The notes under the pieces were generated by a model. It was given only the letters and a program-made list of their open reading frames with translations, made no database searches and was not told the origin of the DNA. Below, piece by piece: positions 15,881 to 25,034 of a DNA stretch of 48,337 bases (its first letter is position 1; each line of letters opens with the position of its first letter). The stretch is from assembly GCA_002308795.1 (NCBI GenBank), contig DBVV01000068.1, positions 1,076 through 49,412 on the forward strand, written 5' to 3'. The DNA comes from Mageeibacillus sp. UBA1255 (GTDB taxonomy: Bacteria > Bacillota > Clostridia > UBA1212 > UBA1255). Made by a program: the position numbers and the translations under genes.

Positions 15881-18211
15881 TTACTGTAATGAATCGACAT
15901 AATTCTGTGCTGCGTATCCGTACTTCATCAGTGCTTTAAGCAACGCCACAAGATTTGCATCGCTGCTGTTATTGATTGTTTCGTATGCATAAGACTCAAC
16001 GCTGTATGTAAGCACGTTGCTGACCTGCTGCGCACCAACATAAGCAGTGAATGTAATCGCTTCGCTCATTTCGGAAGCGTCAAATTCCTCAAAATACAAC
16101 GTATAGCAGTTGTCCCCTTCGGCGAAATCGTCGGCGGTATATTCTGTTATAACATTGCCCTTTTGTGCCTTAATAACCAGTCCTTCGGTGCTTGCGGCAG
16201 TAAATTTGACGCGCATAACAACAGAATTTCTAAGGATGAGTCCCACTGCAGTCCATTCAACATCCGGATCAGCTATCGTGTTTCCAATTCCATAAACAGA
16301 ACTAAGTACTGGATCAGTCGCTGTCCCGCAGTTCGCCTGCGCTGGAGTGAGATCACTGTTTACAAGGTTATCTGTATGGTAATTCGTATATGTCTGGCAC
16401 GCTGCACCGTAATTCAGCAGATCGACAAGCATCGTCTTGAATTCCGGACTGTTGTTTGCATAAGCGCCGTCGATCATTCCGTAGCAATACGATGCGATGC
16501 TGTACTCGATAGGCGCACTCGCGTATTCCACACCGTTCTGCGTCCCGAAAAGCGTGGCCGTAACTGCGTCGTTCATATAATGCGGGGCAATATGGTCAAA
16601 CGTGAAAACGTATTTGTCGCCGGAAGGTCTGCCTTCGACAATGTATTCTTTCCCGTGCATATTGAATCTCGCGTACACGTTATCAAACACGTTGTCAATT
16701 ATTGAACTGGACGTTTTGAAATTGATCGAGATATCGTTTTCCAGCGACAGAGAAGCAGCGGTAAAGCGGAGTGTCGAAGATTGTGCTGCTTTTTTATAGA
16801 AAGTGATCTGAGAAACAGCTATTCCTGTGTGATTTCCCATATACGCCAGATAAACATTACCGCTGTATGACGTATCAAGTGGAAGAATTATAGTCTCAGC
16901 AGAACGGAAATCTTCTTTAGCCGTTATCGTTTTGCTTTCCGGTAAAGACCAGTATGTCAGTTTGTTGACGCCTGCCTGCTCTACCCGTGGATCAGCAGTA
17001 GTATCGAGTGTACCCGTCGAAGTAAGTGCAAAATTAACGGTGCCTGCAGCTAAAGTACGCGGATTGCCGTAGGATGCATCCCACCACGTTATCGCCACAC
17101 GGTCATATTCACTCAAATCAATGTTCCCGATCGTAGCAGCCATTCCGCCGGTGTTTCTGAAATACACAAATGTATCGATGGACGGGAAGCAGCGTTTCTT
17201 ACTTTCATTGCCTGTGAGTTTTGAAAGATTCCCTGCTCCGTACTTCTGGGCATTCCGCATGGGTATTTTAAGAGTATCAGAATATACTGTTATATCTTTA
17301 TAACATGCCGCGGTAACGTTCCTGTGGCCAAACGCAACGCGTCCGTTTACAGCGATAAGCGCATTGGTAACAGTCAATTTTGATGTTCCGCCAGCATCAT
17401 ATACGACTGCATCTTTATAGTACTGTGCATGAATCGGGTCCGGGTTCGGGTTATTATCATCTTGCTGAGAGGTCTCATATGCGTCATCAGGGTACGTTGT
17501 AATATTGCCGTATTCAACAGATGCTTTCAGCTCTCCGTCGATGTAAAACTGGACTGTACCTTTTCCGTTATCATAGCAGGTATATGTATGATATGTTGAC
17601 ACAAGTGTGCCTTTCCCTTCAGCGTAAGCATCTATCAATACAGCACTAGTATCCACATGCCTGCTTATGCTCGAGTCATATTTTTTCACGGAAACCTGTA
17701 TCTTGTCATTATCGTAAACTCGAAAATATATTCCGCTCCCGCCAACGCCTGAACCGGCACCGGAACCATCCGCTTCATACCAGTTCATTACAGTACCATT
17801 GCGTTTAAGCACCTGCGTACCGCGAACGAACAAGTAATTATGTTTTTTCTCGCCGAATTTTCCCTGATATGAAACGGCATACGCTTCATTCGGGCCAAAG
17901 TAGATATCCTTCAGTTCCAGCGCCGAATACTTATCGAACTGTACGTAATTTCCGCCCGTTTCGGATTTTATGACCGCTGTTCCGCTCCCGGCAAGGATCA
18001 CTGACCAATCATCTAAAAAAGACGTCCCGGTCAACGGTGTGTCTGCCGCCTCTGAATCAAAATCGCTTGCCGCCAGAACATCCATTCCGGAAAGGATGTC
18101 GGAAAGAGACCCCGAGTTTCCGGATCCGGTGGCAAAAACGGTGGCTGATCCAGTCAGCACAATCACCAGCAGAAGACAAATCAGTCTGTACAACACAACC
18201 TTACTTTTCAT
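15881..18211 (-). CDS. Secreted LamG-like + beta-sandwich protein with an internally duplicated C-terminal module (paralog 2)
   Basis: 776 aa with a signal peptide. By eye, the first ~470 aa are roughly 70% identical to paralog 1. The C-terminal ~290 aa contains two related modules (LRFTAASLSL...LLNYGAACQTY and MRVKFTAAST...LMKYGYAAQNY). There is no membrane anchor. The RBS GGAGGA lies in the 3' end of the paralog 3 gene. Confidence 0.85.
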   Translation of the reverse strand: MKSKVVLYRLICLLLVIVLTGSATVFATGSGNSGSLSDILSGMDVLAASDFDSEAADTPLTGTSFLDDWSVILAGSGTAVIKSETGGNYVQFDKYSALELKDIYFGPNEAYAVSYQGKFGEKKHNYLFVRGTQVLKRNGTVMNWYEADGSGAGSGVGGSGIYFRVYDNDKIQVSVKKYDSSISRHVDTSAVLIDAYAEGKGTLVSTYHTYTCYDNGKGTVQFYIDGELKASVEYGNITTYPDDAYETSQQDDNNPNPDPIHAQYYKDAVVYDAGGTSKLTVTNALIAVNGRVAFGHRNVTAACYKDITVYSDTLKIPMRNAQKYGAGNLSKLTGNESKKRCFPSIDTFVYFRNTGGMAATIGNIDLSEYDRVAITWWDASYGNPRTLAAGTVNFALTSTGTLDTTADPRVEQAGVNKLTYWSLPESKTITAKEDFRSAETIILPLDTSYSGNVYLAYMGNHTGIAVSQITFYKKAAQSSTLRFTAASLSLENDISINFKTSSSIIDNVFDNVYARFNMHGKEYIVEGRPSGDKYVFTFDHIAPHYMNDAVTATLFGTQNGVEYASAPIEYSIASYCYGMIDGAYANNSPEFKTMLVDLLNYGAACQTYTNYHTDNLVNSDLTPAQANCGTATDPVLSSVYGIGNTIADPDVEWTAVGLILRNSVVMRVKFTAASTEGLVIKAQKGNVITEYTADDFAEGDNCYTLYFEEFDASEMSEAITFTAYVGAQQVSNVLTYSVESYAYETINNSSDANLVALLKALMKYGYAAQNYVDSLQ

Positions 18212-20003
18212 TGTTATTCCTCCTGTTTTTGTTCAATACAACAATTGCTATAGCCGCTATTGCAATGACGCCGGCTGCTATGGCAATGATAGTAATAACA
18301 GTTCCGTTTTTAGGCTTTTCATTCTTCGGGGCTTCGGTCGCTGCAGGAATATCTGTCGTCTCTGCAATATCCGTTGTTTGAGGTATTTCTGTAGTTTCAG
18401 TCTGCGTGGCAGTTTCCGTCGGACCGGCAGTTACTGCAGAATCGGTCTTTTCAGGCGCTGCTGTAACGTCAGGCTGCTGTGTTGTCTCCGGAGAAGCAGC
18501 ATCAGTAGCAGCTGTTTCCGCGGATTCGGTCACCTGAGGCTCGGGAGTCTGTTTCCCCGATTCAAGATAAACCGCCAGATCATCCAGATAATTGTCAGAA
18601 CCGCTGGTCTTCCTGAAGCCGATCGCTATCATACCCTCTGTAGAAAGTCTGGAATTATTAACTGTCGCAAGAACGTCTCCGTACGCGTTTTTAACTGTGA
18701 CAGTTTTGTAGAAAGGAAACGATTCGTCATCTGCCGGATCATCGTAATTGACCGGTTCCGCATAATCGACAATGGCAAACAGTGCGCCGTCAACATAATA
18801 CTTGATGGTCCCTTTTCCATTATCGTAAATAATGTAGTCGTGGAATGAACTGCCTACATCTGCTTTGACCGGAATATTGACGACGCGGGCGGCAATGTGT
18901 ACGCCGTCTACCTCGTATGTTTTGATTATCAGCGAAATGGCATCGTTGCTGTTGCCCTTCGTCAATGCGATACCACTCGCGCCGATCGTACCGCCTATTG
19001 CACCCTCAGCAGCTCCGCCGTTTTCCGTATACCAGTCTTTTTCATACCAGCCTATACTGGCTTCCTTCCAAGCGGGATTTTCTCTGATCACTGGTTCGGT
19101 GCCACGAACAAAGAAGCAGAACTTCGATGCTCCGATCAAAGCACGGAAAGAAAAGACGTATGCGTTATCTTCCATAACATCCAGATAATTTGTCTGGAAA
19201 TAGTTTTCTGAGTTGATTACCGCATACTTTTCCCCTTTTTCGTCTTCATGCACCAGGATCTGCGGTCCGCGGTCTACTCCCCAATACGTGTTAAACTCAC
19301 CCATATTATTACCGTCAGTTCCGTCATCTTCGTCTTCAAAATCGATGATACTGGCAAGTTCAAAACCTGGCAGATCTTCCCACGTTTCCACCGGCCTCGT
19401 TTCGATCTTATTGACGCAGTTAAAAACGATTTTTGAGACGACGAGAGAGTCAACTACAGGCGAACCGTTATTGTCCCGGACAATAGATCCGTATGCGAGA
19501 TACACGTCTCCGGAATAATCCGTATCCAATGTGATCGTAACTATCTGCTCACCTGAACCCCAGCGGCCCGGAGGCGCCGTAAGTTCTGCTTTGCCGATTA
19601 TTTTGGCGCTTTCTATAGGCGTGATGCCTTCCGTTTTATTTCCGGATGCAACCGGTCCGTTTGACGTTAGAGCAAGATATGCCTTTCCGCTCGAATTAGT
19701 AAATACCGCATTTGCACTTGATCCCACGTTGATAACGACTTTTTCGTATTTGGAAAGATCAAAGTTGCCCAGATAAATGTAACCGCACGCAGTCACCTGA
19801 AGGACCCAATGACCTTCGTTATACAATGCATCAGGGTATCCGTTTCTAACTGTAACCGCGTTTGATTCACCGTCAAGTTTTTCTATATCTATTTCCAGAT
19901 CCTCCGCGGATGTGGAAGCAAATATCGGGCAAAGCTGCATCGTCAATAATATTGCTGTTATCAAGCTCAAAGCACAGATTCTTTTAAGCAGGTGTTTTAT
20001 CAC
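18201..20003 (-). CDS. Secreted protein with the same two domains in swapped order, a Thr/Pro-rich linker and a C-terminal membrane anchor (paralog 3)
   Basis: GTG start 7 nt after AAGGAGGG. The N-terminal FDLSKYEKVVINV...DTDYSGDVYLAY domain is followed by the LamG-like YDNGKGTIKYYVDGA. Then come TETATQTETTEIPQTTDIAETTDIP and the helix ITIIAIAAGVIAIAAIAIVVL with an NKNRRNNNEK tail. Confidence 0.85.
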   Translation of the reverse strand: MIKHLLKRICALSLITAILLTMQLCPIFASTSAEDLEIDIEKLDGESNAVTVRNGYPDALYNEGHWVLQVTACGYIYLGNFDLSKYEKVVINVGSSANAVFTNSSGKAYLALTSNGPVASGNKTEGITPIESAKIIGKAELTAPPGRWGSGEQIVTITLDTDYSGDVYLAYGSIVRDNNGSPVVDSLVVSKIVFNCVNKIETRPVETWEDLPGFELASIIDFEDEDDGTDGNNMGEFNTYWGVDRGPQILVHEDEKGEKYAVINSENYFQTNYLDVMEDNAYVFSFRALIGASKFCFFVRGTEPVIRENPAWKEASIGWYEKDWYTENGGAAEGAIGGTIGASGIALTKGNSNDAISLIIKTYEVDGVHIAARVVNIPVKADVGSSFHDYIIYDNGKGTIKYYVDGALFAIVDYAEPVNYDDPADDESFPFYKTVTVKNAYGDVLATVNNSRLSTEGMIAIGFRKTSGSDNYLDDLAVYLESGKQTPEPQVTESAETAATDAASPETTQQPDVTAAPEKTDSAVTAGPTETATQTETTEIPQTTDIAETTDIPAATEAPKNEKPKNGTVITIIAIAAGVIAIAAIAIVVLNKNRRNNNEK

Positions 20004-20006
20004 GAT

Positions 20007-21104
20007 TTAACCCTCCTTGAAATTACGGTCAATATACTCGACCAGGTCTTGTACATAATTTGTCATTATCGCCGTGTCTCTAGCGGTAGAGAATTCGCTA
20101 AACACTTTTTGCTTTTCGTCTTCGGAAATACATTCACGCTCCAGCGATCCTGCATGTCTGCGTGTGTAAAAATACGGGCCGGTCTTTCCGAAGCGTTCCA
20201 GCATCTCTTTTCTGATCGAATCGACCATATCTTCCGGCATTTTGTATGCAAAAGAAAACGCTTCATAACATCCGGTCTCACATATGATTTTGTATATCGA
20301 AGGCCATTCTTCTGCAGGATTCATCTTATCCATTATGAAAAACGCTTTTCCGTCACATACTTTCAGTACTTCTTCAAGTGTCGGTATCTGATATTCAGTT
20401 ATGCACCCTTCTCTGAATTTTCTGCCTGCCTTCAGTCGGAGTTCTCTTAATTCATCATATGTCCAGTCGCTTAAATTATCTGATTCCGGAAGTCCGTTTT
20501 TCCCTTTTTTTAATGTCCAGTCGGTAGTCTGATGCAGGGTACTCCAATGCATCAGCACGATCCGTTTGTCTTTTGTATACCGGAAATCCAGTTCCATGAT
20601 ATCAGCGCCCATTTGTATGGAACTTATGATTGCTTCGATCGAATTTTCCGGATAATAATCGCCGCCTCCACGATGTGCCCAGCAAAAAGGTCTGTTCTTT
20701 TTAGGGAATGATTCTACTTTTTCTCTATAGTCCAGAAGCCATGACGGCGGAGTCCAAATATACTTCCAGACCGGAATAAAACGGGAACAATCCTGAATAT
20801 ATTGTTCCCGTTTCGGAAAAGCAAAAGCAGTATTTAGTTCCTCAAGAGTATATGTACGATCGGACAATTCACATTTCCAGATATATGAAAGAGCAAGATA
20901 TAACATTTCACCGTTAGACGCTTTGATATTAATTGCGCCGTCGCGGCAAATAATGTCATACCCTTTGAAAGCCTGCTCTTCGATCTTCTGACTACGGGTC
21001 AGCGTCACTTCCACAGGTAAACTGTTTATTATTTCAATGCATAATTCACTGTATTCCTTGGGATCAAAATTCTCAATAAACAGTTTTTCCCAGGCAAGAA
21101 TCAT
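20007..21104 (-). CDS. Glycerophosphodiester phosphodiesterase (GDPD) family protein, no signal peptide
   Basis: CWAHRGGGDYYPENSIEAIISSIQMGADIMELDFRYTKDKRIVLMH is the GDPD catalytic signature (HR...E...E.D...H). I prefer the ATG at 21104; the ORF track starts at the TTG at 21119. Confidence 0.75.
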   Translation of the reverse strand: MILAWEKLFIENFDPKEYSELCIEIINSLPVEVTLTRSQKIEEQAFKGYDIICRDGAINIKASNGEMLYLALSYIWKCELSDRTYTLEELNTAFAFPKREQYIQDCSRFIPVWKYIWTPPSWLLDYREKVESFPKKNRPFCWAHRGGGDYYPENSIEAIISSIQMGADIMELDFRYTKDKRIVLMHWSTLHQTTDWTLKKGKNGLPESDNLSDWTYDELRELRLKAGRKFREGCITEYQIPTLEEVLKVCDGKAFFIMDKMNPAEEWPSIYKIICETGCYEAFSFAYKMPEDMVDSIRKEMLERFGKTGPYFYTRRHAGSLERECISEDEKQKVFSEFSTARDTAIMTNYVQDLVEYIDRNFKEG

Positions 21105-21125
21105 ATCCTCTCCCCCCAAAGCAGG

Positions 21126-22067
21126 TTAATTATAACTTTTCCCTGCTCCCTCGTCTAATTCTATTTTGTTGCAGTTTGTATTACAAAAATTTATATCTTC
21201 ATAGATGTTTTTTAGTTCTTGAAACAGATCCGGATATGCAAATCCGGGACGGCAAATAAAATGAATACTGCGATCCATATTGACACCCTCCAGCGGCAGC
21301 GCAACAAGTTTGCCCTCGTTTATCTCTGCCTGGCAGGCGGCTACCTGCAGTATCGATATTCCTACATTGCCCTCGACAAGTTTTTTAATTACTTTCAGGC
21401 TGTTCGTTTCGACCACGACATTCAGATCGTCTGCCCTGAGTGACCCTTTTTGAAGTTCTTCATCCAGGACCTGCATCGCATAATTATTTTTATAGCAAAG
21501 GATCATTTTTTCTTTTTTAAACTGCTCAAAAGTGATCTTTTTCTCGTTTGCGAGAGGATGGTCAGGCGATACTATAACACGGCTTTTGTCTTTACAAAGC
21601 GGATATACGTTAAATCCTTCCGGCGCGGGATAATTGATAAGCACCCAATCTAATTCACAATCGATAAGTTTTTTTATAAGAGTCTTCCTGGAGTCACAAT
21701 ATATATCCAGCGTCAGATCGGGATGTTTCTGGCAATATACTGCCATGATGCCTGACAATATATTTTCTGCCAGGGTTATTGTTACACCTATTGAGAAGTG
21801 ACACGGTTTCTCCGCCATGACCCGAATATCGGACAAGAACGTATTTTCTATCGAGCGGGATTTCTCGGCATATTCGACGAGACGCATTCCGGCATCGGTA
21901 AGCCTAATATTTTTCCCGTTCTTTTCAAAAATACGGATCCCGTATTCTGTTTCAAGCTGTTTGATATGATGACTAACTGCAGGCTGAGTCAATGCAAGTT
22001 CGTTGGCCGAGCGCGTGAAATTTTTCGTTTGTGCTACGCTTAATAACGTTTTTAACCGTACGTCCAT
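21126..22067 (-). CDS. LysR-family transcriptional regulator
   Basis: The N-terminal wHTH FTRSANELALTQPAVSHHIKQLE is followed by a substrate-binding domain of typical length. The gene is on the same strand as the surrounding operon and embedded in it. Confidence 0.9.
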   Translation of the reverse strand: MDVRLKTLLSVAQTKNFTRSANELALTQPAVSHHIKQLETEYGIRIFEKNGKNIRLTDAGMRLVEYAEKSRSIENTFLSDIRVMAEKPCHFSIGVTITLAENILSGIMAVYCQKHPDLTLDIYCDSRKTLIKKLIDCELDWVLINYPAPEGFNVYPLCKDKSRVIVSPDHPLANEKKITFEQFKKEKMILCYKNNYAMQVLDEELQKGSLRADDLNVVVETNSLKVIKKLVEGNVGISILQVAACQAEINEGKLVALPLEGVNMDRSIHFICRPGFAYPDLFQELKNIYEDINFCNTNCNKIELDEGAGKSYN

Positions 22068-22084
22068 CAAAAATCACCACCGTT

Positions 22085-23503
22085 TTATATTTTAAGATTT
22101 TCTTCCAGATGTATTTGTGCCGCCCATTGTCTGCTGACCAGACAGAACGGGTCTCCTTCCAGGCATAAGATCTCAAGCAATCTTGCCCGGAGCGATCCTA
22201 TCACTTCGGTAAGGGCAGGTTCGTGTATTAGATTATTGATTTCCCACGGATCGTCGCACAAGTTATACAGTTCATCGGTATCCGTGGCATTCCATATATA
22301 TTTCCACTGATCTGTTTTGATACAGCGCTGAGTGAATAGCCCGAACTGTGCGCCATTCAGCGAAGAAACCGCCTCATTTCGTTCTCCGGACATGCCCGAA
22401 AGAACGTCTACAAAACTGATCCCGTGAAGCCCTGTGCCGCTCGGGTCAATATGATTTAGTTCCATGAGCGTCGGTCCCAGATCCAGATTGTGCATCGTAT
22501 ATGCTCCGGTTCTCCGGGGCACGTGTCGGCAAGTACCGTTTGCCGGTTTTACGATAAGCGGGACATGGATAACATCTTCGTAAAGCACATAATGCTTATC
22601 AAACATTTTATGATCCCCGCACATATCTCCGTGGTCGGAAGTGAATACTATAGTCGTATCGTCTTTTATTCCCAGATCTTTTAGCGAACCGATCATCTGT
22701 CCTATGTGATGATCCAGCTCCGAGATCTGGGCATAATATTTGCGAACTATCGGTTCCCAATCTTCCCAGGACTTGCTTCCGTTTTTCCAGTTGAAGATCT
22801 GCTGCCTCTGAATGTATGGCTTGCCTGCCAGCGGATCATCGAAGCCTCCCCACTTCAAAGCGCGATCATACATCTCGTAGAAACTTCGATGCGGCCTGTA
22901 AGGAGGATGGGGACTTGAAAAACACACTGTCATAAAGAACGGATCCGGACCCGTTTTCACCGCATTTTTGATTTCTTCTATTGCACACGCAGCCGTGAAT
23001 CCCGTCGGTGTTTCCGAGATATCACATTCATCTACCCAACCTTCAACCAGGTGTTTTCGTTCTTTGCAGACGCAGCTTTCTCCGTGTAAAAGCCGGTATT
23101 CCTCCCACGTGTCTCTTTGCCGAACATAGCCGTATTCAGTGCAGTCGTGTAAAGGGTTCAGTTCGGAGCGGCCTATGTGGATAGTGTTATACCCCGCTTC
23201 TCTAAAATCACGTACAAAAGAATAATCTTCGACAGGCAAGCCGCCGATAGGCATTGTTACATCATAATTCCAGTAAGAGCCGAAACTCTCGCTCCTTTTA
23301 CAGGCGTAGAAACTTTGCCTGGCCGGACAACATGTGGGAATCGACGTATACGCATTTTCGAAAAATGTACTTTCTTCCGCCAGAGCGTCAAGATTCGGCG
23401 TTAGTACCGGGATCTCATTCGAAAAGCCCATGCAATCGTATCTGAATTGGTCGGCGACAATTATTAAAACGTTCTTTTTTGGTTCTTCATTCATAGCAGT
23501 CAC
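22085..23503 (-). CDS. Cys-type sulfatase (formylglycine-dependent), apparently cytoplasmic
   Basis: LIIVADQFRYD, the sulfatase signature PTCCPARQSF (C-x-P-x-R), and DHGDMCGDHKM. I see no signal peptide. The start is either the GTG at 23503 (GTGA overlap with the upstream stop) or the ATG at 23494. Confidence 0.85.
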   Translation of the reverse strand: MTAMNEEPKKNVLIIVADQFRYDCMGFSNEIPVLTPNLDALAEESTFFENAYTSIPTCCPARQSFYACKRSESFGSYWNYDVTMPIGGLPVEDYSFVRDFREAGYNTIHIGRSELNPLHDCTEYGYVRQRDTWEEYRLLHGESCVCKERKHLVEGWVDECDISETPTGFTAACAIEEIKNAVKTGPDPFFMTVCFSSPHPPYRPHRSFYEMYDRALKWGGFDDPLAGKPYIQRQQIFNWKNGSKSWEDWEPIVRKYYAQISELDHHIGQMIGSLKDLGIKDDTTIVFTSDHGDMCGDHKMFDKHYVLYEDVIHVPLIVKPANGTCRHVPRRTGAYTMHNLDLGPTLMELNHIDPSGTGLHGISFVDVLSGMSGERNEAVSSLNGAQFGLFTQRCIKTDQWKYIWNATDTDELYNLCDDPWEINNLIHEPALTEVIGSLRARLLEILCLEGDPFCLVSRQWAAQIHLEENLKI

Positions 23504-24825
23504 TCATAGTTATATTTTGTGCTGATCCACTGTACACATTCATACGGATGATCCGTGAGCAGATTATTTCCCGCTTTATAGTATTGACCGAAGAAACTGT
23601 TCAGTTCGGTTTGTGTTTTTAACGTGATATCTTTTGACAGATCTCCCGTGTGTTTACGTGAATAATAATTCAGCGAAACAGGCAGTCCGTCTGAGGCCAT
23701 CTGCCTGCGGTAAGGTTCAAGATCTGCATCCGCGTCTTTAAAACTTTTGCCGAAAAGAAAATTCTGGGTGCTTTCGGTTTCTTTAAGGACTTTGTAAATA
23801 TCGTCCCAGTATTTGAGACAGTCGATCTTATCGAGATTGACAAAGATCCGGTTCCTGCACACTCTCATAACTTCTTTCAAAGTCGGGATCTTGTACGGTG
23901 TGATCTCGCCGGTTTCAGAAGAATATTGCCCGTAATTGAAACGCAAATTAAGTTCCAGCAGCTGTTCGTAGGTCCAACCGGCAACTTTCTGACTTTTGGG
24001 CAGGCCGTTCTTTCCTTTCTTTTCTGCCCAGTCAGTACATTCGTTCAAATCGCCGTGCATCAATATCAGCACGTCATCTTTTGTGCGCTGTATATCTATT
24101 TCGATAATATCGCAGCCCATTTTGATAGAACTGATAATGGATTCGATCGAATTCTCGGGATAGAATTGCAGACCGCCTCTGTGAGCGGTACACATCATGC
24201 GGCCTTTGGCTGTAAACGAATTTTGCTTTTCATTAAAATCCAGCATCCACGCCGGAGGTGTCCATTGATATTGCCACACCGGGGTAAAAAGTTCGATGTT
24301 TTTTATATAATCTTCTCTGTTAACTCTTTTTTCGGATATTCCCAGCGCTTGTATATTTTCAGATGTGACCCGAGCCGGATCACCGGAAAAATAATCATAT
24401 TTCAGGCGCATCGAAGCCAGATAGATCAGATCCGTGCTTGAAGCGGTGATACTGATCTCATCATTGCCGAACAATATGCTGTATCCATCCTGTGCGGCAT
24501 CCGTGTTTATATATATCGACAATATTCCATCCTGGCTTGAATTCTGTGATAATTGATCCAGCTCTGTAACCGTATAACTTGCCGCGAAAAAGTTCTTAAG
24601 TTCTTCCGCTGCTTTTGTTTCATATATTGATGGTTCTTCGGACAATACAAACACACATTTTGTATATTTATCCGGTTGCGGTGTCTTACTATTATCGTTT
24701 GTCGAAACAGGCGAGGTATTTTCATCAGGCGTTATTGGTTTTACTCCGTGCGAGCAACTGACAGTCATAGCGCAAATAACGATAATAACAATCAAACAAA
24801 GCATTCTCTTTGTCAAACCATTCAC
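23500..24825 (-). CDS. GDPD-family phosphodiesterase lipoprotein
   Basis: Signal peptide with the lipobox MTVSC. CTAHRGGLQFYPENSIESIISSIKMGCDIIEIDIQRTKDDVLILMHGD. It shares a pre-catalytic segment (TPVWQYQWTPPAWMLDF) with the other GDPD (IPVWKYIWTPPSWLLDY). The RBS is GGGAGGTGA. Confidence 0.8.
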   Translation of the reverse strand: MNGLTKRMLCLIVIIVICAMTVSCSHGVKPITPDENTSPVSTNDNSKTPQPDKYTKCVFVLSEEPSIYETKAAEELKNFFAASYTVTELDQLSQNSSQDGILSIYINTDAAQDGYSILFGNDEISITASSTDLIYLASMRLKYDYFSGDPARVTSENIQALGISEKRVNREDYIKNIELFTPVWQYQWTPPAWMLDFNEKQNSFTAKGRMMCTAHRGGLQFYPENSIESIISSIKMGCDIIEIDIQRTKDDVLILMHGDLNECTDWAEKKGKNGLPKSQKVAGWTYEQLLELNLRFNYGQYSSETGEITPYKIPTLKEVMRVCRNRIFVNLDKIDCLKYWDDIYKVLKETESTQNFLFGKSFKDADADLEPYRRQMASDGLPVSLNYYSRKHTGDLSKDITLKTQTELNSFFGQYYKAGNNLLTDHPYECVQWISTKYNYE

Positions 24826-24851
24826 CTCCCGATCCGAAAGTATCCGAGAGA

Positions 24852-24880
24852 ATTATATTTTAGAGCCGCTGCACTGTCAA
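24852..24880 (-). promoter_or_regulatory. Consensus sigma-70 promoter of the GDPD-sulfatase-LamG operon
   Basis: The minus strand reads TTGACA, 17 nt, TATAAT (both hexamers perfect). The -10 box ends about 25 nt upstream of the ATG at 24825. Confidence 0.75.
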
Positions 24881-24936
24881 ATTACAATTTTTTTGGATGG
24901 CAATAAATACTATTTAATACTTTCTTGATAATAAAT

Positions 24937-24986
24937 ATATCCGGCTGCCAAACCAGGTGGTTCACACCGATTTTACAGCCGGATAT
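24937..24986 (-). terminator. Probable htpG terminator (long inverted repeat)
   Basis: Perfect 11-bp arms ATATCCGGCTG / CAGCCGGATAT separated by 28 nt, followed on the minus strand by an A/T-rich tract. It lies between the htpG stop (25035) and the promoter at 24880. Confidence 0.5.
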
Positions 24987-25034
24987 TATCGTTTGATAGA
25001 TTATTATAGATGCATTACGAAGCAGATGCGGTTA

